The position numbers and the translations under genes are program-made. The notes under the pieces were generated by a model. It did no database searches, was not told the origin of the DNA, and worked only from the letters and a program-made list of their open reading frames with translations. From Balanoglossus misakiensis (lineage: Eukaryota > Animalia > Hemichordata), in contig CM082580.2 in NCBI GenBank assembly GCA_040954595.2, forward strand, positions 2,656,783 through 2,720,782: a DNA stretch of 64,000 nucleotides, given 5' to 3'. Shown piece after piece: positions 12,214 to 25,507 of this stretch (within the stretch, counting starts at the first letter, position 1; every line of letters starts with the position of its first letter).

Positions 12214-13753
12214 CAGCCCCCCCCCCCACCCCCTGGAACAGTGCGAACAATGTTGATGTGGTCATGAATAGAAAAAGACGTATGCGAGAATTTTAGATGG
12301 CCCTCCCCTAAAAATTGTTAATACCATTTTCATTGCTAGTGTTGTTACTGTGGATGGTTGTCAACGTACAAAACAGACTGTGTCAGCAAGCAAGTTAAAA
12401 GAACAGAAAAATATTTCCAGGTGACACATTTGTCAATTCTAGGAACAGCTGAATGTAACGTCGGTTCTTTTGATGTCAAATTATTTGGATTCTATCTGTG
12501 AGTATTATGAAAATATCGGCTTTTCTGAGAAATATTTTATACATCATCACCTACGCATCTTTCCTAAGACTATTTAGTCCTTATTCAAAAAATATTTCTT
12601 GTCTTCGCTTTCTGATAGTTTATCGTTCCCTTGGGTTTCAAACATGTACAGTACTTCTCCAACATTTCACCCTATAGTTCTCTTTGACGTTTAATCTCAT
12701 TTTTAATTCTGTTTTGCGTCTTGGTTTCTCTCTTTTTTTGTAAATTTTCAACATTATTTCAGATTACCCTTGAACTGAAAACAGTTTAGGGTACTGGCAA
12801 GTTGTGGATGAATTATACATTCACCAAATATGTATTTTTAGAGTCACATATAACATCATGTGGATTTTTGCGTGTACACTACACCAAGTCGATATAGATG
12901 ACATCACCAAGCACTTATTTGGGAAAGCTTGACAAAAAATGTGTTGAGTACGCATAAAATTATTCATTTTCAGAAATGCACAAAAATTTTGCCGAGTAAT
13001 AATTTGCACAAGCGCAACTTAGAGATTCAACCTAACGAAAACAATACCCCAACAAATTGTCCACATGTCCACGGACAGTTACATGGAATTGTTCCATTCA
13101 CTTTCTATAATACATATTACTTGCGTGAATCGAGGCGTACATAGGCCTACATGCACTTCAGTAAATATATACTATGTTAGCAATATCTTACACCAACTGT
13201 CATGGGTTTAATGCACATTTATAACACCGTGGGATAATATTAGTTGTCATTCATCACTCGCTTTAAAGCAATCCTGTCAAAGTTTAAAGGGCATATTTGA
13301 ATATTTTGTGCATTTAAGTTTTCCATTAGGGCCATCGAAACATCTGAGATCACTTCCTGGTCTTTTTTGGCGGAAGTCCATATACATGCATCTTTCTTTC
13401 ACGGACTTGACTTTGTTGTGTGTTTTTTTGTGGATTGGCTGCGCTGTACTCTATTGTCTTGTGACTGTTTGTCTTTGCAACCGGCAAAGCAAATACTGTA
13501 TATTTGACCTATGAACTTAAGAGCATGAATGGGTTTTCTCTCAATTATTTCTTACATTATTCATACATGCCATTCATCTGACATTGGGAAATATAACGGA
13601 ATATATAAATTCATGCAGATCATATTTCAATTTAACTGGAAATCTGTTATTCACACGTTTTCTTGTTTATGTCTCTATGGCAACACTGGTATAGTAAATG
13701 AGTGAGTTTCTAACTCTCTAGATCACAACAAGTCTTGATAGAAAACGCTGAAT

Positions 13754-16700
13754 ATGTATTACCTGGCAAGTCTCGTTTTTATATTGCTATATTGTGCTTA
13801 TAGGCCTATTGCTATTTCGTTACAAGGTAAGTGCAGAAAAGACACATGGACTAAAATGTACCCTTAGACGGTGCTTTTTTCATTAGCGATATTTATGTGG
13901 CCTTTATCCTCTGCAATATACTGTAAAACATGTTATTTTCGTGAGTTGAAATTTTATTGTACGCTTATTCGTCGCATTTCTAGCGATATTCTTGGCCACA
14001 AACCATTAGTTTTACTTCTAGGTTTACGAAGCTCTAAAAAGTTTAGGGCAGGTGGGTTAAAATTAGGGTAGGTAGGGAATTTGGAACAGCACATATTTCT
14101 TGTTATTTTGCCTTTAATAGAAGTTACTTTCCATTCACAAAGCAAACTCTCAATATTGTGTACCAACCTCATACTTCTGTTATATTCCATTTCTTTTTTT
14201 TTGTCAGAATGCGGTGAGCCACACTTCCTGAGAAATGGCGAGGCAGTTCGAATTCGTTCTCCAAACTATCCATATCATTACGACGCCTTTCTTGGGTGTG
14301 AGTGGACTATGAACAATACCGATGGTGGAGTCATAAAGGTCTGCTTCAGGGATTTCAAGTTGGCACCGAAGGATGACTTCCTTATATTCGGAGACGGAAT
14401 TGAAGTTAATTTCGGAGCAATACGATATCGGTTCAATACGAGTATCCCCAGTGTCTTTGTATCGGCAGGAAATTCCGCATGGATATATTTATACACAACT
14501 TCAAAGGATCATGAACGAGGATTTCATGCAATTGCAACTGCATTGGAAAGTGAGTATAAAGTGTTTCATTTCAATTATCACCCAATACCAGAGGGATCTC
14601 TTGATCTCCTAACCCAAATAACGACAGTGATGATGGCGATTAGATATTAGAAAATAAATTTTACCACCTCCGATGTTTGCTAGGTGCAATGTTGGCGATG
14701 AAAACAAACATTTGTTCATATACTGCTTCACCCCTCCAGTAAAGTTTAACCTTATTGAATCGTTCCTCCTGAACCCTAATCCTAACCACGATCGACTCGA
14801 TACCTATAACCAAAACCCCAACCAGCAATAACATTGTCAATAACAACAACAATAACAGTATTAATAACAATGACGGGGTCAACATGTTTTTATTTTTCTT
14901 TCTTTTTTCAATATCTAATTGTCACCGTCATTATTTTGGGTTAGGAGCTCGTAATCCCTGTGTCAATATATATATAATATAATATTTATTGCTCTTAAAG
15001 GCCTCCGGCCCATATTGCAAATACAAATATATATATATACATCATGGGAGTGAGTACTTTATGGTAAAAAAAATTCTTCTCTCAGTTTGTACGCCTTATG
15101 TACAAATAGTGCCAGCTTGAAAATAACTGTGCTATTGGAGGAAGACATTAGTGAATACAACTTTTCAATTTAAAATAAAAATTTAAAATTACAGTACACA
15201 CGGAGTTTATCTTTACTACACACTTCTGCATACCAGTTTTGTTTAAAAATATCCATGGCTCTTTGTGTAAAATGTAGAAGGAAGACATTGAAATCTCCCG
15301 GACCTTGCCAAAACCAGACTTCTCCAAAACCATGCTCACAAAGTAAATGTTTAACATGGGTAGCCCAGGATTCTTTGTTATTTTCATCAAGTGACATAGC
15401 GAGCTGATATGCATGCTTTGCGATTCTGTTTTGGGGCATATTTAGAAGTTTATACCAATATGATAAAACCTTTTTATAGCTGTGTATGAAAATTGGGAAT
15501 CTACCACATTCCCCTAAAACAAAGACATCCGGGGTAGTAGATTTGATTCCCATGAAAGCTTTACAATATTTAAGGTGGACTCGTTCAACGACACTATACA
15601 TGCGGTAACCCCAGATTTCAGCCCCATACGTCAATATTGGTAATACCATGGCATCAAAAAGCTTCAAATATTCTTGAAAAGGCAAAGGATATGTATTTCT
15701 AATCATACAGAGAATACAACCCATAGCTTTCCTAGCTTGATCTGCTAAGGTAAGTACAGCTTTACCCCAAACATTACGACTAGATATCATAAGCCCAAGG
15801 TATTTGTAATAACTTACAGTTTTCACATTTTGACCATTAAAAACCCATTTTTCACTCTTTTTCAGAATGCCCCCTCGCCTAAAAACAATGATATGTGATT
15901 TGTTAAGATTTACATTCATTTTCCACTTTGCACAGAAAGACTCTAAAACTCGAAGCAGATTTTGTAATCGTCCTGGGGTGTCACTAAATATTGTTACATC
16001 GTCAGCATACAAAAGTGAAAACAGATCGTACAAATCTTGTGTCAGTTGTATACCTCCCTGGTTCGAATTTTCTAACATGGTATTTAATTCATTTATAAAA
16101 AGTGAAAACAAAAAGGGACTCAACATGCATCCCTGACGCACGCCAACAGAACACTGAAAATAGTTAGTTCTCCCTTGTTGGGATTTTACACAGGATTTAA
16201 GACCATGGTACATTGACTTAAGAATATTAAACATTTTACCCTGTACACCCTCAGTGGACAGTCTGTACAGCAACAAATTGTGATTTACAGTGTCGAAAGC
16301 TTTGCTGAAATCTATAAATGCACAGTAAAAGCGTCCCCTTGATCTACAAAGATACTTTTGAACCATGACATGTAACGTAAATATGTTATCCATGGTGCTA
16401 TAACCACGCCTGAAGCCAGTCTGACACTCAGTAATGCAACCGATCATCTCGGCCCATTTGGTCAATCTCTGGTTCAAAATGAAAGTAAAAATTTTTCCAA
16501 TCGAGTCCAGAAGCGTTATGCCTCGGAAATTATTTGGGTCATGAAAACTACCCTTCTTATGTAGCGGGAATATGATACCCATACTCCAGTCTCTTGGAAA
16601 TAAACCAGTATTAAAAATGGCATTAAACAAAAAGTGTAATACAGGCATAAGACTATTTTTAGCATCTCTGAAAAAAATCATTTGGTAATCCGTCGGGACC

Positions 16701-19700
16701 AGGTGATTTACCAGTTTTTAGCATATCCAAAGCATACAATATCTCATCGTTGCTAATAGGATGGTTGAGAATGTCCTCCTCATTGGAGGTTTCATCTCCG
16801 TGAGAGAATTCAATGGTTTCAAGAAAATTTTCCACACTGATATCAAAATTGGTTTTCTGGTAAACAGGGTTGTGTAATTTATCAAAGTGCTCCATCCAGT
16901 CAGCAGCTGAGATATTGGAGAGGGGTTTTTGACCTCCCTTAAAATATTTAACTCGTTTCCAAATGTTCTCCCCATTGATACAGAATGAAGAATAAAACGT
17001 TTCTTTGCTGGTTCTACACAAAGATTTGAATGTTGCCTTGCGATCCTTATAATTTTCCAAACTATCCTGGCCATTTAAATCTCTGAAATAACGGAGGGCT
17101 TTGTACATATTCATTTTAGCTATTTCACAATCTTTGTTGAACCATTTTGGCTGCAATACTCTCTTTGTAAAAGTTACAGGTACATGTTGAATAGAATCAT
17201 TGATAATATAATCATAATCTTGTGCCGTTCTTGCATTGAAGTCGCCCATAAGAAACATATGACTATCGGGGTAGTTTACTTGCAGATCTGAAATCTGATT
17301 TTCCAGCATTTCGATCCCATTTTTTTTCAAAATTGTAGCTCTTGGAACCCTCTGGTGGGATGTACAGACATCCCAAAATAACATTTTTGAGAAGCCAAAC
17401 TGGTAACATCGTGGCCAGTCTAGAAATACCTGTCAAACACAAATTTTTAACAAAGACAGAAACACCACCTGCGCATCTGCCTGTACGGGACATTTTTTCT
17501 CTGCAAGAATGGTATGATTTATAGCCCTGTAAATCTTTGTCTGACAATAATTCCTTTTGAAACCAGGTTTCTACGGCACAGACTATATCAAATTGGTTGA
17601 AATATTCAGTAATGAAGTTATCATACAATTTACGGGATAAACCTTGTACGTTCCATGAAAGCAAGCAAAGATTTTTTTTTTTTCAAAGTGTCCTACTTGA
17701 CCTTGGCCACCGCCCTATCTCGGACGATCATTTATATTTCTAATTACAGTGTCACTCTTTTCATCATAGCTGTAAAATATCTTGGTTCCGTTCTCATAGG
17801 CCACAAGTGTCTTATAATTCACAAAGGCCTTTATGTTTTTACTGTTCAGTTCTTTACGCTTACCGAATAGTTTCTTCTTGATGAAACTCGTCTCGCTTGA
17901 GTAGTGCTCATCAACAAAAATGTCCGTACCGCGGAGCTCTTTCTTCTTGGACAAGATCTTTTCTTTGTCTTTAAATGTGCTGCACATTGCCACTATCGGT
18001 CTGTTGCTGCCGGGTCTACCTTTCATTCTGTGTACTCTTTCGAACTCGATGCTCTCTGTTATGTTCATTTTCTCTGATAGTATGGTCTTTACCTTCTTTT
18101 CGATGTCCTCCCACAACTCGTTTCCGTCTTCTTCCACTCCGCGAAGAACAATGTTGTTTCGCTTTGATCGGTCCTCCATTTCTGCTTTCGCCGTGCTCAG
18201 GCGCACCATCTCTTGCTCTATTCTGGCGATGTCATCTGCTAGGCCGTCAATCTTTTGTAGTTTTTCTTTGTTACATTCTGCCATTCCTCTGACGTCTTCG
18301 ATTGACTCTTCCATGTCATTTAGCTGGGTTTCCATTCTCTCTATTTTCTTGTTTAGTGTTTTTGTGTCTTTCTTCAGTTCTTTGACGTCGCTTTGAATGT
18401 CTCTTAAGATGGCAGTGATTTGTTGATCTGCGGCAGCGAGTCCTTTTTGGCGAGTCTCTGGTCCGGGATTCATTTCTACGTCGCCGGATAGCTGAATTAT
18501 TCTGCTGACGAATGGATTCCTGATGTCTAGATCTGCCATTACGTTGTAATCACGCATCGTTTCACTCATCGTCTTCCAGGGCGTTGTGCTGGTGGAGTCC
18601 GTCAGGAGACTGGTTGTGTGCACTGCCCATGGTGAAAATTCATTTGAAATGTCAACTGACAAATTTGCTTCTGAGTCTTGTGACAAAAGAATTGCTCCAG
18701 ATGTAACCAGCCAGTCATGGAACATGTGCTCACTATAGACAATAGCAGACGCGCATATTATAATATATGTACATACAAATATGCAGCTTGTCAGCCGATA
18801 TGCAAATTCGTTCGTAGGAGTTCACGTTGAAAATGGCGTATACTGTGGGATTGACACTCCTCGCCAACTTCTTGGTTGCGTAAACGTTCCGATTTTTGCC
18901 TTCCATTCCACTATACCAACACCCATGCATGGCTGCGGTGGGGTTTGCTTCCAAAGGTGAATCAAAGTTGCGGGAAAATATTCACTTCTGACGAAAAAAA
19001 TGGTCACTCCTTCGGAGCTCTCGAAAAGTGTGTGTTCACTGTACTCTGACCCATGACCTTCCTATATATATTACTACTATTAAATTGCGGCGAGGTCAAC
19101 TACTCATTGTAAGGTTTAATTTTCTGACAGAAGCATATCTAATAGTTTGCGTAATATTTTCACTTGTACGATCAAAATAGTGTTCAACAGTTACATGCGT
19201 TAAAAATCAACGTTCAGATATGCCCACGGCACTATACACGCTGTTATAATTTTGTACCGTCGTTTCTATACATTTCTACCCAATACACTTTTCTACTTTG
19301 TCACAAGGATATTAATCATTATATTTTAATGTTTAACGTCAGTCCCCATTTTTAAAGGGTTTTGTCTGTTTGTCTGATTTTTTTCTTATGGAATGCTATT
19401 AGTATTGGTAAAATACTAGTATATATCTGAAATAAAATTAATAATAATAATTTGCATCGTATTTATTATGTAGATTCTGCAAGCCCTGAGGACCATTGTG
19501 GAACTACGTCAGGTGTAAGTATTAAAACCAAACACGTGACAGCTGAAAGGAATCCTTGTTAGAACTGTAATATTATTATTGGAACGCAGCTATGACTGGA
19601 CACAATGGCGGTGGATAATTGTACCTCTCAGGACAGCTGAGTGTAGTGCAGCGCCCCCATTGAACTTTAGAGAACACGCGCTCCCCAGACGAGGGAATGG

Positions 19701-22139
19701 GGGCGTGATTCATATAAAGTTAGCCACAGTTATCGGAAGTTGAAATCTTGACAATCACATAGAATCTGAATTACCCACAATACCCCGTAATACCTACAAA
19801 TCAAACAGAATTTTTTACAGAAAATGTGAAAAGAAAATGGAAACGAACTAACTAATGCTTTTTTGTGTCATTTCTGAACTCCGATAGGTGCTTCAAAACT
19901 TTTCTCAACCGTCTGTCATGATCAAGGGACTAAATGACGAAAACCCGTATTTAAATGTAACTCTAGACATAACTAAAGGCAAGCGATTATACATTTCTGA
20001 GAAAAATAGACGTTCCATTTCACGATGTCCAGACGCTTGAAACTTTGCAATTAACAAATATATATATGAACATCATGTGTTAGACTAATGTTGAAGTGAT
20101 GCCCGAATATAATCTATATATGTAATGAACAACGGACAATTTGGAAATGCATATTACTCATTCTGCCTCTCAGTTTCACTTTTAAATCTTACAGAAATCC
20201 TGATGCTTCTGGATCAAGGCATTGTTTTGCTTCCGTCGCCGGCCGATAATGAAACAACAGACGTGGTGACCAAGTTCCTTCTAAACGCAACTGATTCCCT
20301 CGCGAAGTCTGTTCTACGTGGGGTGGAACCTGGCAGTGGGCCAGTTATCATACATTCAGCATTCTTTCAATTGCATTTGGAACGCGATTCTGTGGTGCAT
20401 CTTACCAACACCTCTTTATTACTCCGAGGCGGTAATGGTGTGAAATTTCCACCGGCAGAGAAGATGTTCTCCAATTTAACCTCTGGAGCAATTGTTAACA
20501 GGATTGTAAGAGTCTAACCCTTGTTGTTGAACATGAGATGTTATCGCTTCTCTCTCTCTCTATTTCCTTAGGCTTAAACACACTCTGTAAACGCATGCCA
20601 ATGAAGTTTATAATACATTATCGCCCATAGGTTAGTGTTTTTAACAGAAGTTTGCTTCTTCAAGACTACAATGGACGGAACACATTTCCAAGAAAATTTG
20701 TGTTGAGCTTGTCGTTTACTGATAGAGAAGGCAGAGAGTTAGAAGGTATTATATTATCATCACAATATTGCTTTCTAATATATTGTATGAGTTGGAATCG
20801 GATAAAATCTAACATTGAAAGATTTGTATGAACTCTACATAACTTGGTTTGTCTGTAAATATGGCTATGCAATATATATTTTCTTTTCAGCATAAAAGTT
20901 ATTCTCTATTCACTCTTCCAGTGAAAGATACTAAAGAAGACATTGAAATCACATTTGCTAGTGAAGCACCTGAGCCAGAAACCGTCTCATTGATCGAAGG
21001 TTGGTACACCGAAGTCCATGACGTCACATATTTTGGATTTAATGTCAAGGTAGGTGAATGGAAATAAAACTAGTGAAATCAATTCTGATTATGTATACTG
21101 TTTTGTGCTATCGGCGAGCCAATACTAACAAGTGATAGAAAAAGGGAAGGAAACATTTGGTCATAACATTTATTTCAGTGTTCATATTTCTCACAAAATT
21201 AATATTCATTCTATATTCTATGCCGCAGATAACATGGATGTTCCGTGCAGTTATTGTTAAGTTTGAAAATTGCAAACCTCTGTACGGAAATACAACAGTG
21301 TACATCTTCAATGAACAAACGGCTTACACTGACGAATACGTTGGATACCAGTTCGCTGTTGATATGGAATTTGCAGGAAATTTTTCCACGGTGTTCATCC
21401 CAGAACACTATTTCTTCAGAACTGGAGAATATTATTTCACATTAACCATTCCCCACAGTAAGTGCCCATGTTTAACATTTACCTTACACTGCACTGAAGT
21501 ATTGTACACATTTGTTGTTTAAAGTACATTTAATAGCTTGTGCATTGTCATGCATCATTTAAATTTACAAGTTCAAACCTATTTTTTGTATCAGAACCTA
21601 TCCTATCAATTCATGTAGTAAAAAGTCTGAACTACTAGGCCAAAATGCATGAGTCTACATCCGGGGTTTTAAGAGTCGACATCACCACCACGTCAAAAAG
21701 AATACAACTTCTTTGAGGTACCCTAACTTCTTTCTATTCTTTCCATTTTGTAGAGCAAGATATCCAGTTTGCATACACTGTCATACAAACTAGGTGTGAT
21801 TATCTGAATATCCAGACTGACATCTGGGAGAGTGACGGTTGCCAGGTATGCACAAAGGTTCCTCAAAATATAATTTGGATTTAGCAGAATCAATTTTGTA
21901 ATTTGAACCTAACCGAATTCAATGCATCCTATAGATATGACACAACTCAAACAGTAGGCAGGAGAAATTTGAGAACCTGTAATACTTTGTCATATTACTC
22001 ACAGAAATGTTCCAACTTTTCAGCATTTATTTTAAATCCGTAGGTTTCACCATTATCAAACGTCACCTCCACTGTGTGCCTGTGTAACCACCTGACGACA
22101 TTTACATCCGGAATGGCGACAACAATGATATTACCCTAG
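13754..22139 (+). CDS. Secreted CUB + GAIN/GPS protein, copy 2 (divergent CUB; ~505 aa)
   Basis: Exons 13754-13826, 14208-14549 (CUB, ..SPNYPYHYDAFLGCEW..), 19474-19514, 19888-19978, 20195-20505, 20631-20745, 20922-21049, 21229-21457, 21754-21845, 22044-22139. The frame is open; a LINE sits in intron 2. Confidence 0.85.
15170..17664 (-). pseudogene. LINE ORF2 (APE endonuclease + reverse transcriptase), frameshifted and internally deleted
   Basis: Motifs SWNVQGL, VETW and GDFNAR (EN), then KSPGPDGLP, NFRGITLL, QTGFR, FIDFSKAFDTV, GVRQGCMLSPFLF and YADD (RT), spread over three frames. The EN C-terminus and the C-terminal Cys/His region appear to be missing. Confidence 0.88.
17715..18725 (-). 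CDS. LINE ORF1 (coiled coil + RRM-like region) with a 2A-like DVEMNPGP motif
   Basis: Heptad-rich segment; EDRSKRNNIVLRGVEE and ERVHR...RPIVA motifs typical of LINE ORF1; LSGDVEMNPGP at about residues 78-89. Confidence 0.8.
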   Translation of the reverse strand: MFHDWLVTSGAILLSQDSEANLSVDISNEFSPWAVHTTSLLTDSTSTTPWKTMSETMRDYNVMADLDIRNPFVSRIIQLSGDVEMNPGPETRQKGLAAADQQITAILRDIQSDVKELKKDTKTLNKKIERMETQLNDMEESIEDVRGMAECNKEKLQKIDGLADDIARIEQEMVRLSTAKAEMEDRSKRNNIVLRGVEEDGNELWEDIEKKVKTILSEKMNITESIEFERVHRMKGRPGSNRPIVAMCSTFKDKEKILSKKKELRGTDIFVDEHYSSETSFIKKKLFGKRKELNSKNIKAFVNYKTLVAYENGTKIFYSYDEKSDTVIRNINDRPR

Positions 22140-23471
22140 AAAACGATTGGTTACATTCTAACCCATGATGCATTGTGATTTCCAACATGGCGGCGAACCA
22201 GTTGGTCCCTCTACATAATGCAGAATGACCACATGAGGGCGATATGAACAGAATTTCATTTTTATCAGAGGAATCCGATGGATTTTTGGCCACTTAGGCC
22301 TCCAGAGTTATTTATCATGCTTCATTCGTCCTTACCATATTCACACAAATTATTTTATAGATAATAATCTATCATAGTGTCATTTAGGCCGAACCACCAT
22401 CATCACTATTCTCTGCCGAGCCTTTGGAATATCTGCCATGAGTTATTTATTCAGAAACATTGAATTTGTTATTCACAAATGTGTAAATCATTATTATTCG
22501 ATTGAATATTTTGTCAACTTTATACAAAGGAAAACTGTGATTAATTTTCAATTCGAAAAATTGTTGGATTCCAGATTGAAATACAATCATTATTATGTTG
22601 GTTTTCATGTATCTCGTGGTTGTTAATGTCTATTTCAAATTAAATCAATATGTTTGCATATTTACACACTCAACTCAATAGTAATTTTAGTAGCCTAGTA
22701 GCCTATTGTTGTTCATTCTTGTATTTTTACAGTCACACATACATGTATACATAAAGCTACCCATTTCAAGTATACCTTACATTTTGTCATTTTGAAAGCT
22801 TTGTATAATTAAATACTTGCATGTTATCCTTCCTTTTAAAAAATCAGGGGCTAGTTATCCTTGGTGTTGTTTGTTGCGAGTTTCAATTTTAAATGAACGA
22901 CTCATATTGTATCAAATTCAAAATTCAAAATGGCCGCCAATCAATGTGTTAACTGTATGGAGAAAAAATAAAGTGGTAAATTTCATGAAGACAAGGTGGT
23001 GAATGAATTATTTTCTTCTTTGTTGCCAAAAAGACTTCTCATAAACATAGAATTAAAAGGTTTGGATGACTATTATTTTTCTTAAAGCAAGAAACAAAAA
23101 AACAGAAAATTATTCCTAGGTGACATTTGCACCTTTGTCAAGGATAGGTACAGTTCACAGTCACGTGGGAATTGAAATGTAAATACACCACGATTGGGCC
23201 TGTGACATAGGGGATCGTCGTGTGGTACAGTTGAATGTAAAGTCGGTTCTTTTGATGTCAAATTATTTGGCTTCTCTTTGTGAGTGTAATGAAAGACTAC
23301 AAAAATTTGGGACAATTCACCCGGCTTCATCAAATATTACACTATGAATTTAGATCTTAGCATGGCACCAATCATTTCCCAAGGGCAAACCATTCTGCTA
23401 TCCCCGGCGTGTCCGCTACACTTTTAAATACTGGCTCAGTATAAGTGTGTCTTTATTTTTAACTTGTAGGC

Positions 23472-24920
23472 CCGGGGGGGGGGGGCGACTCACGCCGCAA
23501 AGCACAGTGGGTAATTTTCTACCACAGCCGCACATTTCAAACCAGGCAAGCGAACTGCTAACTTCCGGTGTCTGAGCAACACGTTTGATGTGTGCCTTGT
23601 GTTTTGCACAATATTCGACTTCGAGGAGACAGACCTATAATACTTCCTAATTTGGTTCTGTTTCTTTGTTATTTTTGTCAGTACAACCACGATCCACGAG
23701 ATCGTAAACTGCTTGGATTAGGTCGCGTCGAGGGGCTGCGGCCGGCCACAGGTCAAGTCGCTGTGTGTTGTACACAAACGTTGTAAAATGCAACACGCTC
23801 GCTCTACCCACTGTCACTGTGCTATACCGTACTGTCGATCGTTTCCATGTCAGTTACACGCTCGCACGTTATAATGCCCCTTCATGCCTATCGTAATCCC
23901 GGGATCGTAATTTCTTCATGATATGACAGTCCCACCGATCTGACAACACGCTCGCTTTTATTACTAGTATGTTGTTTTGTCCTGTTCGCTAGCCCTGCTG
24001 CCGGCGTTCCTGGACTATCCCGTTCGCCAACTTTACTGAACTGCAAGTTGCAGAATCGGTTTGCGTCTGGGCCGAAACGGCAGGGTTTGTGTAAATTAAA
24101 GGCCGAACCGAGAAGATTAAGTGCCGTAACGATTTGTTACCGACTTGTTTCCGACTGGTACAGCTAAGAGCTCAGTGTGGCACGGCCGGTGGTGTGTCGT
24201 CGACGTCTCCACACACTGTTAGTACTGCTACTTCTGAGCGGACTCACGCGACCTTGTTAGCTATATATAGCCCTGATATATAGCTAGGTCTAACGCAGGG
24301 CCATGAGTGATTTTGGTATTTTGTAAGATACTTGATCACGATTCTTGGAATATTGCGTAGACAAAATAATTTGCGCCTGTTTGTATCTGTTACTCGAGCA
24401 GCGTACACTGTAATGCCCGTGTGCCAAACACGTTGTCTATGAGAGTGGCAGAAGTACTACCTACTTTCGGGCGTGGAATTCAACACGGTCATACGGGGTT
24501 TTAGAAAGAGGCGATTAGAGGCGCTTTCATGTTTTTAAACTGTTATGATGAAGAAAAACTCAAAAATGTTTTTAAATGGATATCGCCCGACAGTTTTCAT
24601 GCAATAATGCCCAAAACACAGCTAATGAACTTTTTTAAGGTCCTATTTTAAGATTGGGTATGTCAATTTCAACTCTCCGTAAAATAAACACAGATGTAGC
24701 ATCATACGGGAAAAAATGTCTGGTGTTTCACACATAATGTAACTTTCTAAATTTGTGATCGTGATTTATTTCTATGATCACATTCTGTTCAAAAACGGGG
24801 TTTTTCGAGCCTTTACTGTCGACAAGACGCGCATATGAGTGAGCCAGAATGCTGCACTCTGATTGGTCAATTTAGAAGTCACTAGAGGGCAGCGTTCGTG
24901 AGTCGCCCCCCCCCCCCCTG
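23472..24920. mobile_element. Non-autonomous hAT-like DNA transposon
   Basis: 8-bp TSD ttgtaggc at 23464-23471 and 24921-24928; TIR c(c/a)g(n)cgactcacg / cgtgagtcgc(n)tg; the empty site aacttgtaggcctattc occurs in other units. Confidence 0.82.
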
Positions 24921-25003
24921 TTGTAGGCCTATTCCAAAGTTCAATAATCATTACTCCGTGGGGAGTGTGAGTCTTTCTTTAGGAGACGCTTACATATTAT
25001 TAC

Positions 25004-25345
25004 ATATTATCATCGGTGGGGTTGGGGTGGCAAGCACTCTGCCCTGGTACAATAGACAAACCAGCAAAAAATGAAATGTGGCGGAGAATGAAGGCGGTGG
25101 GTGTGGGAGGGGGTGTCCCCCTCCCAAATTAAAAGATTATGTAAAATAAAGGGTGCGAAACTGCAATTTTGTGGACTCAAAAGCAAACGTTCGGTGGCAA
25201 AAGTATGTGACCCCCCCCCCCTAAACGTTTAAAAAAAACAGATGACCCCCCCCCCCCCACCTTTGGACTTCAAAATTTAAGAGACCCCCCCCCTGGATTT
25301 TGCCGCCGCCCCCCCCCCCTTCTGCCGTTAAAACTGAACAGTCCC
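25004..25345. mobile_element. Right-hand remnant of Harbinger MITE family A at the same site as 192-1371
   Basis: Matches about 1035-1371, including the right TIR aaactgaacagtccc and the following atagg. Confidence 0.8.
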
Positions 25346-25507
25346 ATAGGAAACGCTTTGAGTTCTCTTTATGTTCTGACAGTTGGTAAACGTTGTCTCA
25401 ATGCTCCTCACCCATACCGATACTGTTCGATAAGCCCTGTTTGATTCTAGCTAGTTTGCACTTCATGCTACGGAGGCAAATAATATTATTAGTTTATGAT
25501 TTTACGG

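Larger units (their letters stand above)
14976..19062 (-). mobile_element. Near full-length but degenerate non-LTR retrotransposon (APE-RT LINE; clade uncertain, RTEX/L2-like), antisense in intron 2 of copy 2
   Basis: Has ORF1 plus EN and RT fragments; aataaa and an AT tail at the 3' end (~14976-14990, minus strand); probable TSD tatatatat at 14967-14975 and 19063-19071; absent from other units. Confidence 0.9.

Noticed and set aside
9025-13753. Downstream transmembrane/PLAT exons that would make this a normal PKD1L receptor
   Set aside because: The stop codon comes before any GT donor, and the spacers contain TEs and indel-rich AT sequence with no conserved exon-like hydrophobic frames that I could see.
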